Source of the DNA: Candidatus Binatia bacterium
Lineage (GTDB): Bacteria; Desulfobacterota; Binatia; UBA9968
Reading direction: 5' to 3'
Length of the DNA: 56,900 nucleotides
Assembly (NCBI GenBank): GCA_040877705.1
Contig: JBBDNJ010000297.1
Coordinates: forward strand, 1 to 56,900
The translations under genes were made by a program, and so were the position numbers. Shown one piece after another: positions 20,841 to 31,744 of this stretch (its first letter is position 1; the number at the start of each line of letters is the position of its first letter). Under the pieces are notes generated by a model. That model searched no databases, was not told the DNA's origin, and saw nothing but the letters and a program-made list of their open reading frames with translations.

Positions 20841-21818
20841 ATGACCGAAGTTCGTAAAGTGTTTCGTGGGTGTCTGCTTTTCTTCGGCGTAATTCTCGGC
20901 GCCGTGTGGCATGCCCAGGCTGACGCGGCGGCGCCGCGGCCTTTGCGGATCGCCTATCTGAGTAACTCGGTAACCATGGCGTCTCTGTGGATGGCCAAGG
21001 AGACCGGCGCGATAGCCAAAGAGGGGCTGGATATCGAGATCCTTTCCATGACCTCGAGCTCGGCCATGCCGGCGCTGATCGCCAACGAGCTCGATGCCTT
21101 GCAAGTGTCGGCGGCGCCGGTGTTAACCGCGTCGCTGCGCGGGCATGACGTCATTTTCGTTGCCGGTCTGCTCAACACGATGATCTGGAATTTTTATGCG
21201 CGGCCTGAAATAAAAACCGCCGAGCAACTCAAAGGCAAAGTGATCGGCACCGACCGTCCGGCGACGCCGGTCGCGTATGGCACGTTGGTGGCTTTGAAGA
21301 AAATGGGGCTTACGCCCAAAGATGTGCAACTCTTTCCTATCGGCAGCAGCGCGCAAGTATTGGCGGCGCTTCATGCCGGCCAGGTGATGGGCGGTATCGC
21401 CAGTCCACCGGCGAGTTTTCAACTGGAGCGGATGGGGTTTCGACCCTTGACGAGTCTGTTGGACGTTCCCTATCAAAACGTCGGCATCGTCATCAGGCGC
21501 AGCCGCTTCGACGAACTCAAAGACCGTCTGCTTCCCTTGTTACGCGCGCGGCGAACCGGAATCGATCGTTACTACAGCGACAAGAATTTCGCCATCAAGG
21601 TCATCTCCAAATACAACCGGGAAACCGATCCCGGCGCGCTCGATAAATCCTACGAGTTTTATCGCCGCGCCGGCTTCAGGCGGGAGTTGAGAATATCCGA
21701 GCCGGGCGTTCAGGGAATTCTGGATTTTTTGTCGGAAACGATCCCGGAAGCAAAGAAGGCCAAGCCGTCTCAGTTCTTCGACGACCGCCTGGTGAATCAA
21801 CTGGACGGCGCGAAATAA
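20841..21818 (+). CDS. NMT1/THI5-like (NitT/TauT-type) ABC substrate-binding protein
   Basis: Signal peptide (LLFFGVILGAVWHAQA) followed by LRIAYLSNSVTMASLWMAKETG and the general pattern of this SBP family. No permease or ATPase gene is nearby. Confidence 0.65.
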   Translation: MTEVRKVFRGCLLFFGVILGAVWHAQADAAAPRPLRIAYLSNSVTMASLWMAKETGAIAKEGLDIEILSMTSSSAMPALIANELDALQVSAAPVLTASLRGHDVIFVAGLLNTMIWNFYARPEIKTAEQLKGKVIGTDRPATPVAYGTLVALKKMGLTPKDVQLFPIGSSAQVLAALHAGQVMGGIASPPASFQLERMGFRPLTSLLDVPYQNVGIVIRRSRFDELKDRLLPLLRARRTGIDRYYSDKNFAIKVISKYNRETDPGALDKSYEFYRRAGFRRELRISEPGVQGILDFLSETIPEAKKAKPSQFFDDRLVNQLDGAK

Positions 21819-21869
21819 AAGCGCCTGAGGTTGATAAACCTGGTTGTAGGGAATGCGGAGAAAATTTTT

Positions 21870-22112
21870 ATGGAGAACTTCGACAATACTCTCGTCATCG
21901 ACGCCGATGGACATGTGTCCGAGGGCGACATCGATTTCGCAAACCGTTTGCCGGAGAAGTGGCGTTCGCAGGCGCCCGTCAAAGTGAAGGACAATCTGGG
22001 CTATACACATAATCTTATGACACACAGAGACGGATTTGGCAGAGCCGAGATCGAGTGGATTAGGCTCATTTTAAAAAGGAGGAAGTATGGCACTGTTATT
22101 CCATTCAGATGA
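21870..22112 (+). pseudogene. 5' fragment of an amidohydrolase-2 gene
   Basis: MENFDNTLVIDADGHVSEGDIDFANRLPEKW resembles the N-terminus of the 17179-18201 amidohydrolase (IIDADGHVRDRDADIRKFMAEPY). The rest of the ORF has no resemblance and runs into the next gene. Confidence 0.4.
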
Positions 22113-23199
22113 TGTTGATCAGTTCCTTTTGCTGCCCGAAGCGGTTCGCGTCGCGGAGGAGGCGCTGGGCAATATTCCCCGGCGCCAGGGTGTTAATGCG
22201 CCCCGCAAGCGCTTGAATCTGCATCGGCAATTCGCCGAAGCGAGCTATGATACAGTCCTCAATATTTATGCCGGCGGGTCGGCGAGCTATGGCGCCGTCG
22301 GCGCACAAGTCGCGCTGCACCGAAAGACCATTGAAGGAAGCGTTCAAAAGACACCGCCGTACAATCCGGATCAAACCGAACTGGCGCAAATCTACGATGT
22401 GGATACGGGATCGCTACTTGGAATCATGGTGCATCGTCCTCGCCACGTTCAGGGCGTGGCGGATCTCAGAACCCCGGCCACGAGCTTGGTGGGTCTCGAC
22501 AAGTTGGCGCGAAAAGACGCGCGACGCGTCGGAATTTATGGCTCCGGACACCAGGCCATTTCAACGTTTATGGGCTTAACGGAAATGCGCCCGATCGAAA
22601 GCGCTAAAGTGTTTAGCCCGACCAAGGCGAATCGCGAAGCATTCGCCAGGACGATGAGCGATAAGACTGCCGTTAACGTTCAAGCCGTGAGTGAGCCTAG
22701 AGAAGCGGCTAGGAATGTCGACATCATTCTTTGCATGACTAATACTATCGTTCCGGTGATCGACGGCTCCTGGTTGGAGGAAGGTCAGTACATTGTATCG
22801 GTGATCGGTAGCAATATAGAACTGGTCAAGAGCGGCGCGCTCAGCTCGCCGCGCCGGGAGATCGATGACGGTACTCTCAAACGGTGCAGCTTTATCGTGG
22901 CCCTGTCGAAAGAACAGGCTATCGATTCGCAGCAAGGCGATATCTATTGGCCGGTACAAGACGGCGTTATCGGTTGGGACAAGGTCATTGAGATTGCCGA
23001 TATCGTTGCGGGCAACGCGCCGGGGCGAACCGATGACAAGCAGATCATTCTTTATAAGAATCAGGGCGGCCAGGGTATTATTGATATCGCCTTGGCGAAG
23101 CGCCTCTATGATTTGGCGCGTGAGAAAGGATTCGGAACTGAGCTGCCGATTCGCTCGCGACCTGCTCATAGCGGCACGGGATGGAGGGATTCATTTTGA
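22087..23199 (+). CDS. ornithine cyclodeaminase / mu-crystallin family protein
   Basis: 370-aa ORF with a central Rossmann motif (VGIYGSGHQAISTF) and the overall length and pattern of the OCD family. Confidence 0.65.
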   Translation: MALLFHSDDVDQFLLLPEAVRVAEEALGNIPRRQGVNAPRKRLNLHRQFAEASYDTVLNIYAGGSASYGAVGAQVALHRKTIEGSVQKTPPYNPDQTELAQIYDVDTGSLLGIMVHRPRHVQGVADLRTPATSLVGLDKLARKDARRVGIYGSGHQAISTFMGLTEMRPIESAKVFSPTKANREAFARTMSDKTAVNVQAVSEPREAARNVDIILCMTNTIVPVIDGSWLEEGQYIVSVIGSNIELVKSGALSSPRREIDDGTLKRCSFIVALSKEQAIDSQQGDIYWPVQDGVIGWDKVIEIADIVAGNAPGRTDDKQIILYKNQGGQGIIDIALAKRLYDLAREKGFGTELPIRSRPAHSGTGWRDSF

Positions 23200-24173
23200 A
23201 AACAAGGACACAGTTGCTGCGAATTGCCGTGTTGCTCTACGCGATCGTTGGCGTGAACACGTCGGTATCGGCGGCCGAGTCGATCAGGATTTCTTATTCG
23301 GCGATTTCTTGGCTGATGACGCCTGTGTGGATGGCCGAAGAATTAGGGCTATTCAAGAAGCATGGTCTGGATGCCCAACTCATATATATTCCGTCCAGTG
23401 CGACCAGCGTGCAAGCTTTGCTCGGCGGCAGCGTCGAAGTGATCACCCCAGGAAGCAGCGGGGTAGTCATCGCTGCGGCACGAGGGGTGCCGATCGTCGC
23501 TGTGGCGGCCTCCACGCGACGCGCGCCGTTTACCTTGTTTACGCATCCGGAGATTACCAAACCGGAAGAGTTGAAGGGGAAGGTCATGGGAGTGACCCGC
23601 TTTAATTCTACGACTCACATGCTGACAGTGCTGATCCTCAGAAAGCTCGGACTGGAAAGTTTCGTCTCCGTACGCCAAATGGGTGATGTGCCGGCGATGC
23701 ATCAGGCATTCGAGCAAAAAATCATCGCGGGTATGGTTAGCTCTTACGGGCCCAAAGCTCGCCACCGCTCTTTGACTGACGCAGTGAAGCTGGATATCCC
23801 CTACGCGGGCAGCATGATGACGATCAGGCGCAGTTTTCTTCAGGATCGGCGCGACACAGTGGAGCGCGTGCTGCGGGCCTACGTCGAAGGCTTGGCGGCG
23901 TTTCTGAACCAAAAGGCAACAGCCAAAAAGGTTCTTGTTAAGTATATACGGCGAGACCAGCCGGATTTCCTGGAGGAGACCTATGACACCGCGTCCAAAT
24001 ACCTCGAGCCGGTACCGAGGGTCGATCCGCTGATCGTTCCGGCGATCCTGGGGTTTGCCGGCATAAAGGACGTCGAGGCTAATGAGCTCACGGCCAAGGT
24101 CATCGACAACAGCGTCTTGGATAAGCTGCAGCGGGAAAGATTTTTCGACAATTTGTTCACAAAGACGAAATAG
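23181..24173 (+). CDS. NMT1/THI5-like ABC substrate-binding protein
   Basis: Signal peptide, then IRISYSAISWLMTPVWMAEELGLFKKHGLD. It is a paralog-type relative of the 20841-21818 gene. Confidence 0.65.
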   Translation: MEGFILKTRTQLLRIAVLLYAIVGVNTSVSAAESIRISYSAISWLMTPVWMAEELGLFKKHGLDAQLIYIPSSATSVQALLGGSVEVITPGSSGVVIAAARGVPIVAVAASTRRAPFTLFTHPEITKPEELKGKVMGVTRFNSTTHMLTVLILRKLGLESFVSVRQMGDVPAMHQAFEQKIIAGMVSSYGPKARHRSLTDAVKLDIPYAGSMMTIRRSFLQDRRDTVERVLRAYVEGLAAFLNQKATAKKVLVKYIRRDQPDFLEETYDTASKYLEPVPRVDPLIVPAILGFAGIKDVEANELTAKVIDNSVLDKLQRERFFDNLFTKTK

Positions 24174-24322
24174 AGCAAAGGAGAGGACTTCCCGGCCACA
24201 AGGTCGGCTCGTTCGTAGTCGTTGGCGTGCCGGGAAAATCGCCGGGAGAAGTTGCGCTTCACTGGTCTGAAGGAAAAATTCTGCTTATCGGGGATGTGGT
24301 GGACTTCAAAGGAATTAGCTCA

Positions 24323-25754
24323 TCAATGGATCGGGTTACGATTATAAACCAGGCGACCATCAACATATGTCTGATCTACTTTTAGCTCTCTGATTCTGCT
24401 GGCCGGTACTGCGAGAATGTCGTCGGACAAGACAGCCATATCACCAAATTTTCCCTCTTCTAAAGAACCCCTATTTTCCTCTTCGAAAGCAGTATAAGCA
24501 CCATTGTAGGTGTAAACTCGTATTGCCTCGAGAATATTAAGACGTTCGTCCGAATTGAGTAGCTCACCATTTTCTTCGGGGCCAAAGCGGTGATTGACAA
24601 GGATATCTAATCCGATCAGAGGATTGTGAAAACCAACAGGCCAGTCAGAGCCACCACAAATGATAACTCCTCTCTTGAGCAAAGACTTAAACGGAAATGC
24701 GAAGCGCGCCCGTGCTCCCCACTGGGAATAAATACCCTCCCGTCCCACTATTTCCATGAGTGACGGTTGAGTATTCCATATAACCTCAAGCTCAGCCATT
24801 CGGTCCATAATTTCCGGATTCCAGAGATAGGCATGCTCCAACCGATGGCGTAAACCATGAGTCGCGACTTGCTTTTGACCATAGGCGATTGCATTGAGGG
24901 CACGTGAAATGCCCAAGTCTCCGTGACAAATCAGACCGACTTGCCAGCCGGCAGACTGGGCTTTAACCATCAGGTCTTTCGATAATTCCTCGCTTATTCG
25001 AAAGCTTCCACGGCGTGGCCGCTTCGAACGCAGTTGTTACGCCGTATTGGTTAAGCTCCGTACCAATCCAGCCGTAACCATCAATTAACTCTTCCACATG
25101 GTACTGAGGTATGTTGTGTCTTATAAAAACCTCTCGAGTATTGTCCCACATCGGTCCAAGCGGTCGACCGGTAGAGTCACGCTCCATGGGCCCGCCAGCA
25201 GGATCGGGAGTAGTATCTTCGACCCCAATTCGGCGCAGTCCGGCGGTATTAAACGTCCAGCCCATTCCCTCCCGATTTGCTATACCAACCGGATGATTCG
25301 GGGACACAGGGTCTAAATCGAAACGATTAGGGTTACGCCTTTCAGCCAGACGTGCTGCCTGAAAACCACGTCCCAAAATCCATTCTCCCGGTTTTGTCTC
25401 CCGGGCCCTCGCGGCAATCTTCTCCGCCATGTCTGCAATCGATGGAGAGGTGGAATACGTGCAATCTAGCCAATGACGCTGAGGCGAGTTCGTCATGTGT
25501 ATATGGTTATCGATAAATCCTGGAATCAGAACACGGCCATTAAGATCGACTATCCTTGTCCTGTGCGAAATAGATTTTTCAACATAGGGTCGGCTACCCA
25601 CCCGAAGGATTCGACATCCTCGTATGGAGAGCGCTTCGGCTATTTCATCTTTGGAGTTGACTGTAATTATCTTACCGTTAACGAAAACCATATCTGCCGC
25701 AGGCGACGCAATTTCGACCCCAGCGTTTGACATTATATTTCTCCGATCGATCAA
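24323..25754 (-). pseudogene. amidohydrolase-3 family gene split into two frames
   Basis: The N-terminal ORF (24963-25754) carries VFVNGKIITVN...LIPGFIDNHIHM. The C-terminal ORF (24323-24970) carries GLICHGDLGISRALNAI...GGSDWPV. The C-terminal frame stays open upstream (..SEELSKDLMVKAQSAGWQ), so a frameshift lies near 24970-25010. Confidence 0.65.
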
Positions 25755-25944
25755 ATTGTTTTGCTGTCAGCAAAACCGCTCGAACCATCTTCCATATAGA
25801 CCGGACACTAACAATGCACATTCTACAATTCAACCGGAAAACGATTGTCAATGTCCTGAACCTGTACGGTGAACTTGACAAACAGCCAAACACTACCCTA
25901 TATAAAATTCAGGATAAGCCGACGTCTTCAAAGGAGGCTACCGT

Positions 25945-26979
25945 ATGAAAAATAACGACAAGAAATTCAGAATTGAGATGTTTTGTATCGTTTTCATAAT
26001 TGCTATGGTGTTTTACTCATCGCCGGTTTTGTCGCAGTCGGACCACACAGCGCGGCTTATCGAAGGAGCAAAAAAAGAAGGAAGGCTTCTGTGGTATACG
26101 GCACTAAATATCCGAGATGCCGATATGCTTACCAAAAGATTCGAACAAGAATATCCGTTTATCAAAACGCAAACACTACGATTGGGAACGTTTCAGCTAC
26201 TGACAAAGATTCAGACCGAAGCGAGAGGTGGGGCATTTAAAGGAGACGCAATTGAAATAGCAGGGGTAACTGGACAGATCCTCAAAAAGGATGGCATTTT
26301 CGCAAAATACATATCGCCCGAATCCCGCTTCTATCCGGATTCAGTCAAAGACCCGGACGGTACATGGACGAGCTTCTTTATCAACACTCATGTTCTCGTC
26401 TACAACACGAATTTAGTAAACAAAGACGAACTTCCTCGAACTTTTCAGGAGGTCATCAACCCGAAGTGGAAAAACAAGATTGTAATGGCCCAAGATTTCG
26501 ACATTTACGGAATGATGCTGAAGGTTATGGGTCGAGAAAAGGGCCTTGACTTCATGCGCCGTCTCGCGGCCCAAGGTGTCGGACTTCGTGATGGTTATAC
26601 GTTGGCGATACAGGGGATCGCATCGGGGGAAGTTCCTTTGGGACTAAATCTTTATGGGACGCGAACAGAAGAATTTAAGAAAAAGGGCGCACCGGTTGAC
26701 TGGATTCCGATGGAATTTGTTCTCGCTTCATTAGAACCTCTCGCCGTGGCGGCCAATGCGCCGAATCCAAACGCTGCACGACTTTTTGTGGATTTCCTGC
26801 TGTCGAAGGAGGCGCAGGGTTTGATGCGCCAGCGTTTTCGCATTCCATCCCGCCCGGACGTTCCTCCGGATCCGCCCGAGTTGACTCAAGGGCTAAAACT
26901 AATTGCAACAGATCCATTGTTAGCGGAGCGATCCAAACAGCTAGCCAAAGAATTTTATTCTATCTTCAAATCCCGTTAG
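25945..26979 (+). CDS. extracellular solute-binding protein (family 1, iron/polyamine-type)
   Basis: 344-aa ORF with a signal peptide, a LLWYTALN segment and the general SBP_bac_1/6 pattern. Confidence 0.6.
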   Translation: MKNNDKKFRIEMFCIVFIIAMVFYSSPVLSQSDHTARLIEGAKKEGRLLWYTALNIRDADMLTKRFEQEYPFIKTQTLRLGTFQLLTKIQTEARGGAFKGDAIEIAGVTGQILKKDGIFAKYISPESRFYPDSVKDPDGTWTSFFINTHVLVYNTNLVNKDELPRTFQEVINPKWKNKIVMAQDFDIYGMMLKVMGREKGLDFMRRLAAQGVGLRDGYTLAIQGIASGEVPLGLNLYGTRTEEFKKKGAPVDWIPMEFVLASLEPLAVAANAPNPNAARLFVDFLLSKEAQGLMRQRFRIPSRPDVPPDPPELTQGLKLIATDPLLAERSKQLAKEFYSIFKSR

Positions 26980-26989
26980 CGAGTCTCGC

Positions 26990-28516
26990 ATGAGTTATCT
27001 TGTGAGAGGTCAATTTGTCCTAACGATGAACGACCGCCTGGGTGTGAACGGGATCGTTGAGGACGGAGCGGTTTACATCTCGGGAAAAAACATAGTGGAA
27101 ATAGGTCCATACAAGGACCTGAAATCAGTCTATCCAACAGCAACCGTTATCGGTTCTTCTCGATTCTGGGTTATGCCCGGATTTGTTAACGCGCACCAGC
27201 ACGGTAAGGGATTAACTACCTTTCAGCTCGGAGGCATCGACGACTGTTTTGAGATCTCTCGTTTTTCACCAGAGCCGCAGGCAACTGTCGAACCTTACAT
27301 TGATACACTATACGGCTGTATGCGGATGATTGAAGCGGGGATCACTACCTGCATTCATTATAACTCAAGCCGTGGACCGTCCTATTACGAAACAGACGTG
27401 CTCAAACGGATGCGAGCATACCAAGATTCAGGAGTACGCGTCTCGTTTGGTCTTGATATCCGCGATCGAAATCATCTAGTGTATGGAGATGAAGAATTTA
27501 TCAAACCCCTTCCTTCGCCCCTAAAAGAGAATGTAATCGAGAAATACGCTAGGTCGCGGACCTTAACTGCTGATGCATATTTTCCCTTGGTGAAAAAGCT
27601 ATCAGATTCGGATGCGGTAACTGGACAGGAGCGAATTAAGCTTTTCTTGACACCGGCGGGACCTCAATGGTGTACAGAAGATCTGTTGCGTGCCATTCGA
27701 AATGAATCTAGTGAACGCGATTTAGGAATACAAATTCATGTCTCAGAAACAAAGTATCAACGGTCCTTTTTTTCTCGCGCTTATCAAAAAACTGCGATCG
27801 AATGGTTGAATGATCTGGATTTTTTGTCTCCCCGCGTAAGCATAGCCCACGGTGTCTGGCTGAACCGAAATGATCTGCGGGTCGTCGCAAACAAGGGTTG
27901 CGGTATCGTACATAATCCCAGCTCAAATCTTCGGCTACGCAGTGGTATCGCGCCCCTACCTCTCTTCTATCAAGCTGGCATAACATTAGGCATGGGTTTG
28001 GACAGTAGCACCCTAAACGATGACTCGGACATGCTTCAGGAAATTCGCTTAGCCGCAAACCTCCAGAGGGTTCCGGGTTCCAGTTCAGTTTTGGTTCCAC
28101 TAAAAGAGATCTTCAAAATGGCTACGGTCAACGGCATGAATCTGCTGAGATGGGGCGACATCGCCGGGACATTAGAGCCAGGTAAGGAAGCCGATTTGGT
28201 TTTGTTGGATTCGCGCGACTTCGCACAGCCCTATTTGGCTCCTCGGCAGAACCCCATCGATACTTTGATTTATCGAGGAAAATCGACTGCTGTTGATACA
28301 GTTATAGTAGGTGGAGAAATCCTTTACCAAGGAAGAAAGCATAAACGTATCGATAGTAAAACTATTCATCAAGGACTTAAAGAAAGCATCAAACCGCCAT
28401 CACCAAAGAAGACCGACGGTCCTGAGGCAGCACTTCTGCCATATGTGCACGCGCTGTTTCAGTCATGGGATCAGGATACAGCAGTACCTTTTCATAAATT
28501 TAATAGTGTTGAATGA
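26990..28516 (+). CDS. amidohydrolase-1 family protein (chlorohydrolase/aminohydrolase-like)
   Basis: Has PGFVNAHQHG (HxH metal motif), a later HVSE segment and a C-terminal EADLVLLD segment, as in the guanine/cytosine-deaminase-like subgroup. Confidence 0.78.
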   Translation: MSYLVRGQFVLTMNDRLGVNGIVEDGAVYISGKNIVEIGPYKDLKSVYPTATVIGSSRFWVMPGFVNAHQHGKGLTTFQLGGIDDCFEISRFSPEPQATVEPYIDTLYGCMRMIEAGITTCIHYNSSRGPSYYETDVLKRMRAYQDSGVRVSFGLDIRDRNHLVYGDEEFIKPLPSPLKENVIEKYARSRTLTADAYFPLVKKLSDSDAVTGQERIKLFLTPAGPQWCTEDLLRAIRNESSERDLGIQIHVSETKYQRSFFSRAYQKTAIEWLNDLDFLSPRVSIAHGVWLNRNDLRVVANKGCGIVHNPSSNLRLRSGIAPLPLFYQAGITLGMGLDSSTLNDDSDMLQEIRLAANLQRVPGSSSVLVPLKEIFKMATVNGMNLLRWGDIAGTLEPGKEADLVLLDSRDFAQPYLAPRQNPIDTLIYRGKSTAVDTVIVGGEILYQGRKHKRIDSKTIHQGLKESIKPPSPKKTDGPEAALLPYVHALFQSWDQDTAVPFHKFNSVE

Positions 28517-28537
28517 CAAAGAACACCAGGAGGGCTC

Positions 28538-29719
28538 ATGCGACTTGCATTAACTGAGGCTCATATCATGACTGCATCGAACGGGGGTATTAAGAAAGGT
28601 ACCCTTCTCATTAATAACGGCGTAATTGAAGCCGTTGGCGACAACGTTAAGTTGCCCAAGGATGCTGAGGTTTGGAACGTTAAGGATAAAGTTCTTATTC
28701 CAGGAATGATTGATGCCCACACTCATCTGGGACTCAGACAAGATGGTGTAAGCGCGGACCAGAGCGATGAAGACGAGGTCGGTGACCCCGTTGTCCCACA
28801 CATTCGCGCGCTTGATGCCGTCAATCCGGAAGACATCGCCTTTCGCGATGCGATCATGGGAGGAGTCACCACGGTGGGAATTATGCCCGGGAGTTACAAC
28901 GTGGTCTGCGGTCAACCCGCCGCAGTCAAAGTGGTTGGGCGGAGCGTCGAAGAAATGCTATTGCGTGCGCCCGTCGGAATGAAAATCGCATTTGGCGATC
29001 GACCCAAGATTGTTTATGGCGGTCTCAAAAAAAGTCCGATGACCCGAATGGGTATCGCTGCGATCCTCAGGGAATCGCTCATAAGGGCTCACAACTACGC
29101 AGCGAATGACAAGAAGGGGCTGCGGGATTTGCGCCAAGAAGCTCTAATTCCCGTAATAGAAAAACGAATTCCGCTCCGAGCTCATGCTCACCGTTCGGAC
29201 GACATCATGACAGCAATTAGAATTGCCAAGGAATTCAGTCTCGATCTAGTGATCGAACATGGTACCGACGGATATAAGGTAGCTACCGACTTATCACACG
29301 CGAAAGTGCCTGTTGTACATGGACCCTGGCTCAAAGTGCGAGGCAATTTCGAACAATCTGGAAGAAATGCCGATTCGCCCAGGATACTAATCGAGAACAG
29401 GGTGCTCACAGCTTTTTCAACAGACCACCCCGTTATACCGATTCAAAACCTTAGAATGCAGGCGGTAACAGCCGTCGAACAAGGTGTAAGCCCCGAGGCG
29501 GCGTTAAAAGCAATAACCATTAATCCTGCGCAAATCATGGGTGTTCACAAACGTGTTGGCAGCTTGGAAAAAGGCAAAGATGCTGATGTTATTGTCTTGT
29601 CGGGGTTCCCTTTCGAGGGGGGGACACGAGTCGATGCTACAATCGTTAACGGAAAGATTTGTTGGAAACGTGATTTGCAAAAAGTTACTGTGTCTAATCG
29701 GTCAGTGGATCAGCATTGA
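28538..29719 (+). CDS. amidohydrolase family protein
   Basis: Has PGMIDAHTHLG (HxH), a later AHAH, STDHPV, and GKDADVIVLSG near the C-terminus. Confidence 0.78.
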   Translation: MRLALTEAHIMTASNGGIKKGTLLINNGVIEAVGDNVKLPKDAEVWNVKDKVLIPGMIDAHTHLGLRQDGVSADQSDEDEVGDPVVPHIRALDAVNPEDIAFRDAIMGGVTTVGIMPGSYNVVCGQPAAVKVVGRSVEEMLLRAPVGMKIAFGDRPKIVYGGLKKSPMTRMGIAAILRESLIRAHNYAANDKKGLRDLRQEALIPVIEKRIPLRAHAHRSDDIMTAIRIAKEFSLDLVIEHGTDGYKVATDLSHAKVPVVHGPWLKVRGNFEQSGRNADSPRILIENRVLTAFSTDHPVIPIQNLRMQAVTAVEQGVSPEAALKAITINPAQIMGVHKRVGSLEKGKDADVIVLSGFPFEGGTRVDATIVNGKICWKRDLQKVTVSNRSVDQH

Positions 29720-29752
29720 TTTAATCTGTGTACAATGATTTATCGAGCGCCA

Positions 29753-30970
29753 TCAATAGCCTAGATCCACGGCGCAGCGCCATGAAATCTCCGCGATGCT
29801 TTTGCCCGTCGGTGTGAGAAGGCCCGGCTTGGCTTCGAGCGTCGGGGCAATAGCATTTATCAAAATCGCCACGGTGGCCTGGTCGCCGGCGATGCCGTCT
29901 TTGATGATGACTTCGATCTCGGTCATTCCTTTAATTAAGATCTGATCTTTCGGTTCCGGCGCGCCGACATAAAAAAGCACTTCGAGGCTGACGCATTCCT
30001 TGCCTTTACGGAAGCAGCGCGCGACCTGTCGCATGCCGGACACATCACCGGGCTTGACTCTGACGTACTCCGATTCAACGGCCTGCTCCGCGACCACCGG
30101 CTCGACGGATTGAGTAATCCGGTCCGGAATCATGCCGATACCGTCTGCCACTAGTGCCGCCGATTCCATCAGGCCCACATGGCCGAAAATGTCCTTTCCG
30201 AGGCTCGCTTTGAATTGGTCAACGCTCAAACCCGCGCCGACCTTAGATTGCAGCTGTTTGCGGCGACGTGAGCAATCCACCACTCTTTTCGCCCAGACAT
30301 GCTCGACATCGGCGCAGGCTGTCGCTAAGAATACAATCAGGCTGTCCATGACGAAACCCGGATTGACTCCGGTTCCCGTAATTGTAACGCCCTTTTCCTT
30401 CGCCAAGCGATCAAGTTTTCCCGCCAAGTCGGCGCTTTGCAGCGTCGGAAAAGCCAGCTCTTCCGCTGAGGCGACGATGTTGAGGCCGGTCCGCGCCGCA
30501 GTTTCAAGCTCATCGTAGATTGCTGGCAGGAAGGAGCCGGTAGTCAGCACAACAACGTCGGCTTTGACTCGCTTAAAAAGCGCAACGGGATCGCCGCTCA
30601 CTTCGACACCGAGCTCTCTTTCAAGCCCTAGAACTGCGCCGAGATCGCAGCCGATTTTAGCCGGATCGGAATCGATAGCTCCGGCGATCTCTAGCCACGG
30701 TCGGGTTAATCCGAATTTTGCCACCTCGATGCCGATAGCGCCGATACCGCAGAAAATGGTCGTGGTTTTCGCTATGGCGCTATGGACCGCGCTGAGCTGG
30801 CCCCCAAGAGCTAGAGTATTTCCCTTTGCGATTTTTGGTCCGGTTCTGATAGTTGCAATGGTAAACTTCGTAAAAGACCTCAGGCGCCGGCCATGGACAG
30901 AGACCATCAACCAGACGTTAGCCGCTGCCAATTTGGATGAAGCTTCGTTCCGAAAGCGTACACGTGACAT
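29753..30970 (-). CDS. NAD(P)-dependent amine-dehydrogenase / DapB-N-like oxidoreductase (start uncertain)
   Basis: The Rossmann start (IFCGIGAIGIEVAKF) appears only about 80 codons into the ORF. The upstream 80 codons are antisense to a TctB-like gene and are probably not translated. No canonical start codon lies close to the Rossmann motif. Confidence 0.6.
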   Translation of the reverse strand: MSRVRFRNEASSKLAAANVWLMVSVHGRRLRSFTKFTIATIRTGPKIAKGNTLALGGQLSAVHSAIAKTTTIFCGIGAIGIEVAKFGLTRPWLEIAGAIDSDPAKIGCDLGAVLGLERELGVEVSGDPVALFKRVKADVVVLTTGSFLPAIYDELETAARTGLNIVASAEELAFPTLQSADLAGKLDRLAKEKGVTITGTGVNPGFVMDSLIVFLATACADVEHVWAKRVVDCSRRRKQLQSKVGAGLSVDQFKASLGKDIFGHVGLMESAALVADGIGMIPDRITQSVEPVVAEQAVESEYVRVKPGDVSGMRQVARCFRKGKECVSLEVLFYVGAPEPKDQILIKGMTEIEVIIKDGIAGDQATVAILINAIAPTLEAKPGLLTPTGKSIAEISWRCAVDLGY

Positions 30971-31196
30971 TCTCGCATGGATCGTGGGGGTTTTCTTGGC
31001 GCTTTGGTTGCTTGGCTTTCCGCTCGGGATTCCACTGGCGACGTTTATTTATCTCAAAGTTGCTGCGCGTGAAGGTTGGCTCACGAGTGTGGTCGTGACA
31101 GTCGGTACGTGGGCCTTCATTGTCGGAGTGTTCGGGCATTTTTTAGACTTTGTTTTTCCTGATCCGGCGCTGTTAAGTCTTTTTGGCATATCGTAA
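30756..31196 (+). CDS. orphan TctB-like small membrane protein (possibly a remnant)
   Basis: WPPRARVFPFAIFGPVLIVAMVNFVKDLR and LAWIVGVFLALWLLGFPLGIPLATFIYLKVAAREGW align with the TctB at 16667-17188 (WRPQARLYPWAIGIPMLVLAIVQVILDLR; FGWFFGFLFLVWFLGFFIGIPLVVFLYLKVQSGESW). No TctA gene is adjacent. Confidence 0.55.
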   Translation: MVVVFAMALWTALSWPPRARVFPFAIFGPVLIVAMVNFVKDLRRRPWTETINQTLAAANLDEASFRKRTRDILAWIVGVFLALWLLGFPLGIPLATFIYLKVAAREGWLTSVVVTVGTWAFIVGVFGHFLDFVFPDPALLSLFGIS

Positions 31197-31744
31197 GGCC
31201 TTGATCATTGTTTCCGCTGAAACCTACTGCGGCGGTATGTGTTCTTAACTCATTCTTCGTTTTCTCTCCGAGAACTGCATCCCAAGAGAGGCTCAAGCAT
31301 AACCCAATGATTTACTCTAGCCGGCGGCAACGTGGTACCCGGCTGACAAAGCGAATATACCGCTCACCTTCAAGGTGCGCCGCTGCCATAGATCTGGCCA
31401 GACGCGTATTGGAAGCGGTTGAAGATGTCGCTCAAGATGATCGAGACGCCGAAGATCGCTGTCATCGCCAAAACGGGATTCAGCTCATCGCCGGCATCGT
31501 GTGACCGTGCGCACCAATATCGACCGGCTGAATGAGGCGCCGGAGAGGAGACCAGTAGCGTGCGGGTGGCGAAGGTATGGCGGGAGTTGCGCACCAGCGG
31601 GTCGCGCAGTCTCACACAAGGACATGCTTGAGAATCCCGATCACATCTCCAAGCATGTCCTCAGCAAAGGGTTGGTCTCAGGGACGGTCCACGGGACGTG
31701 TCCATCTCATGCGGCAACAAACATTGATCAGCTAAGCTGAAGTA

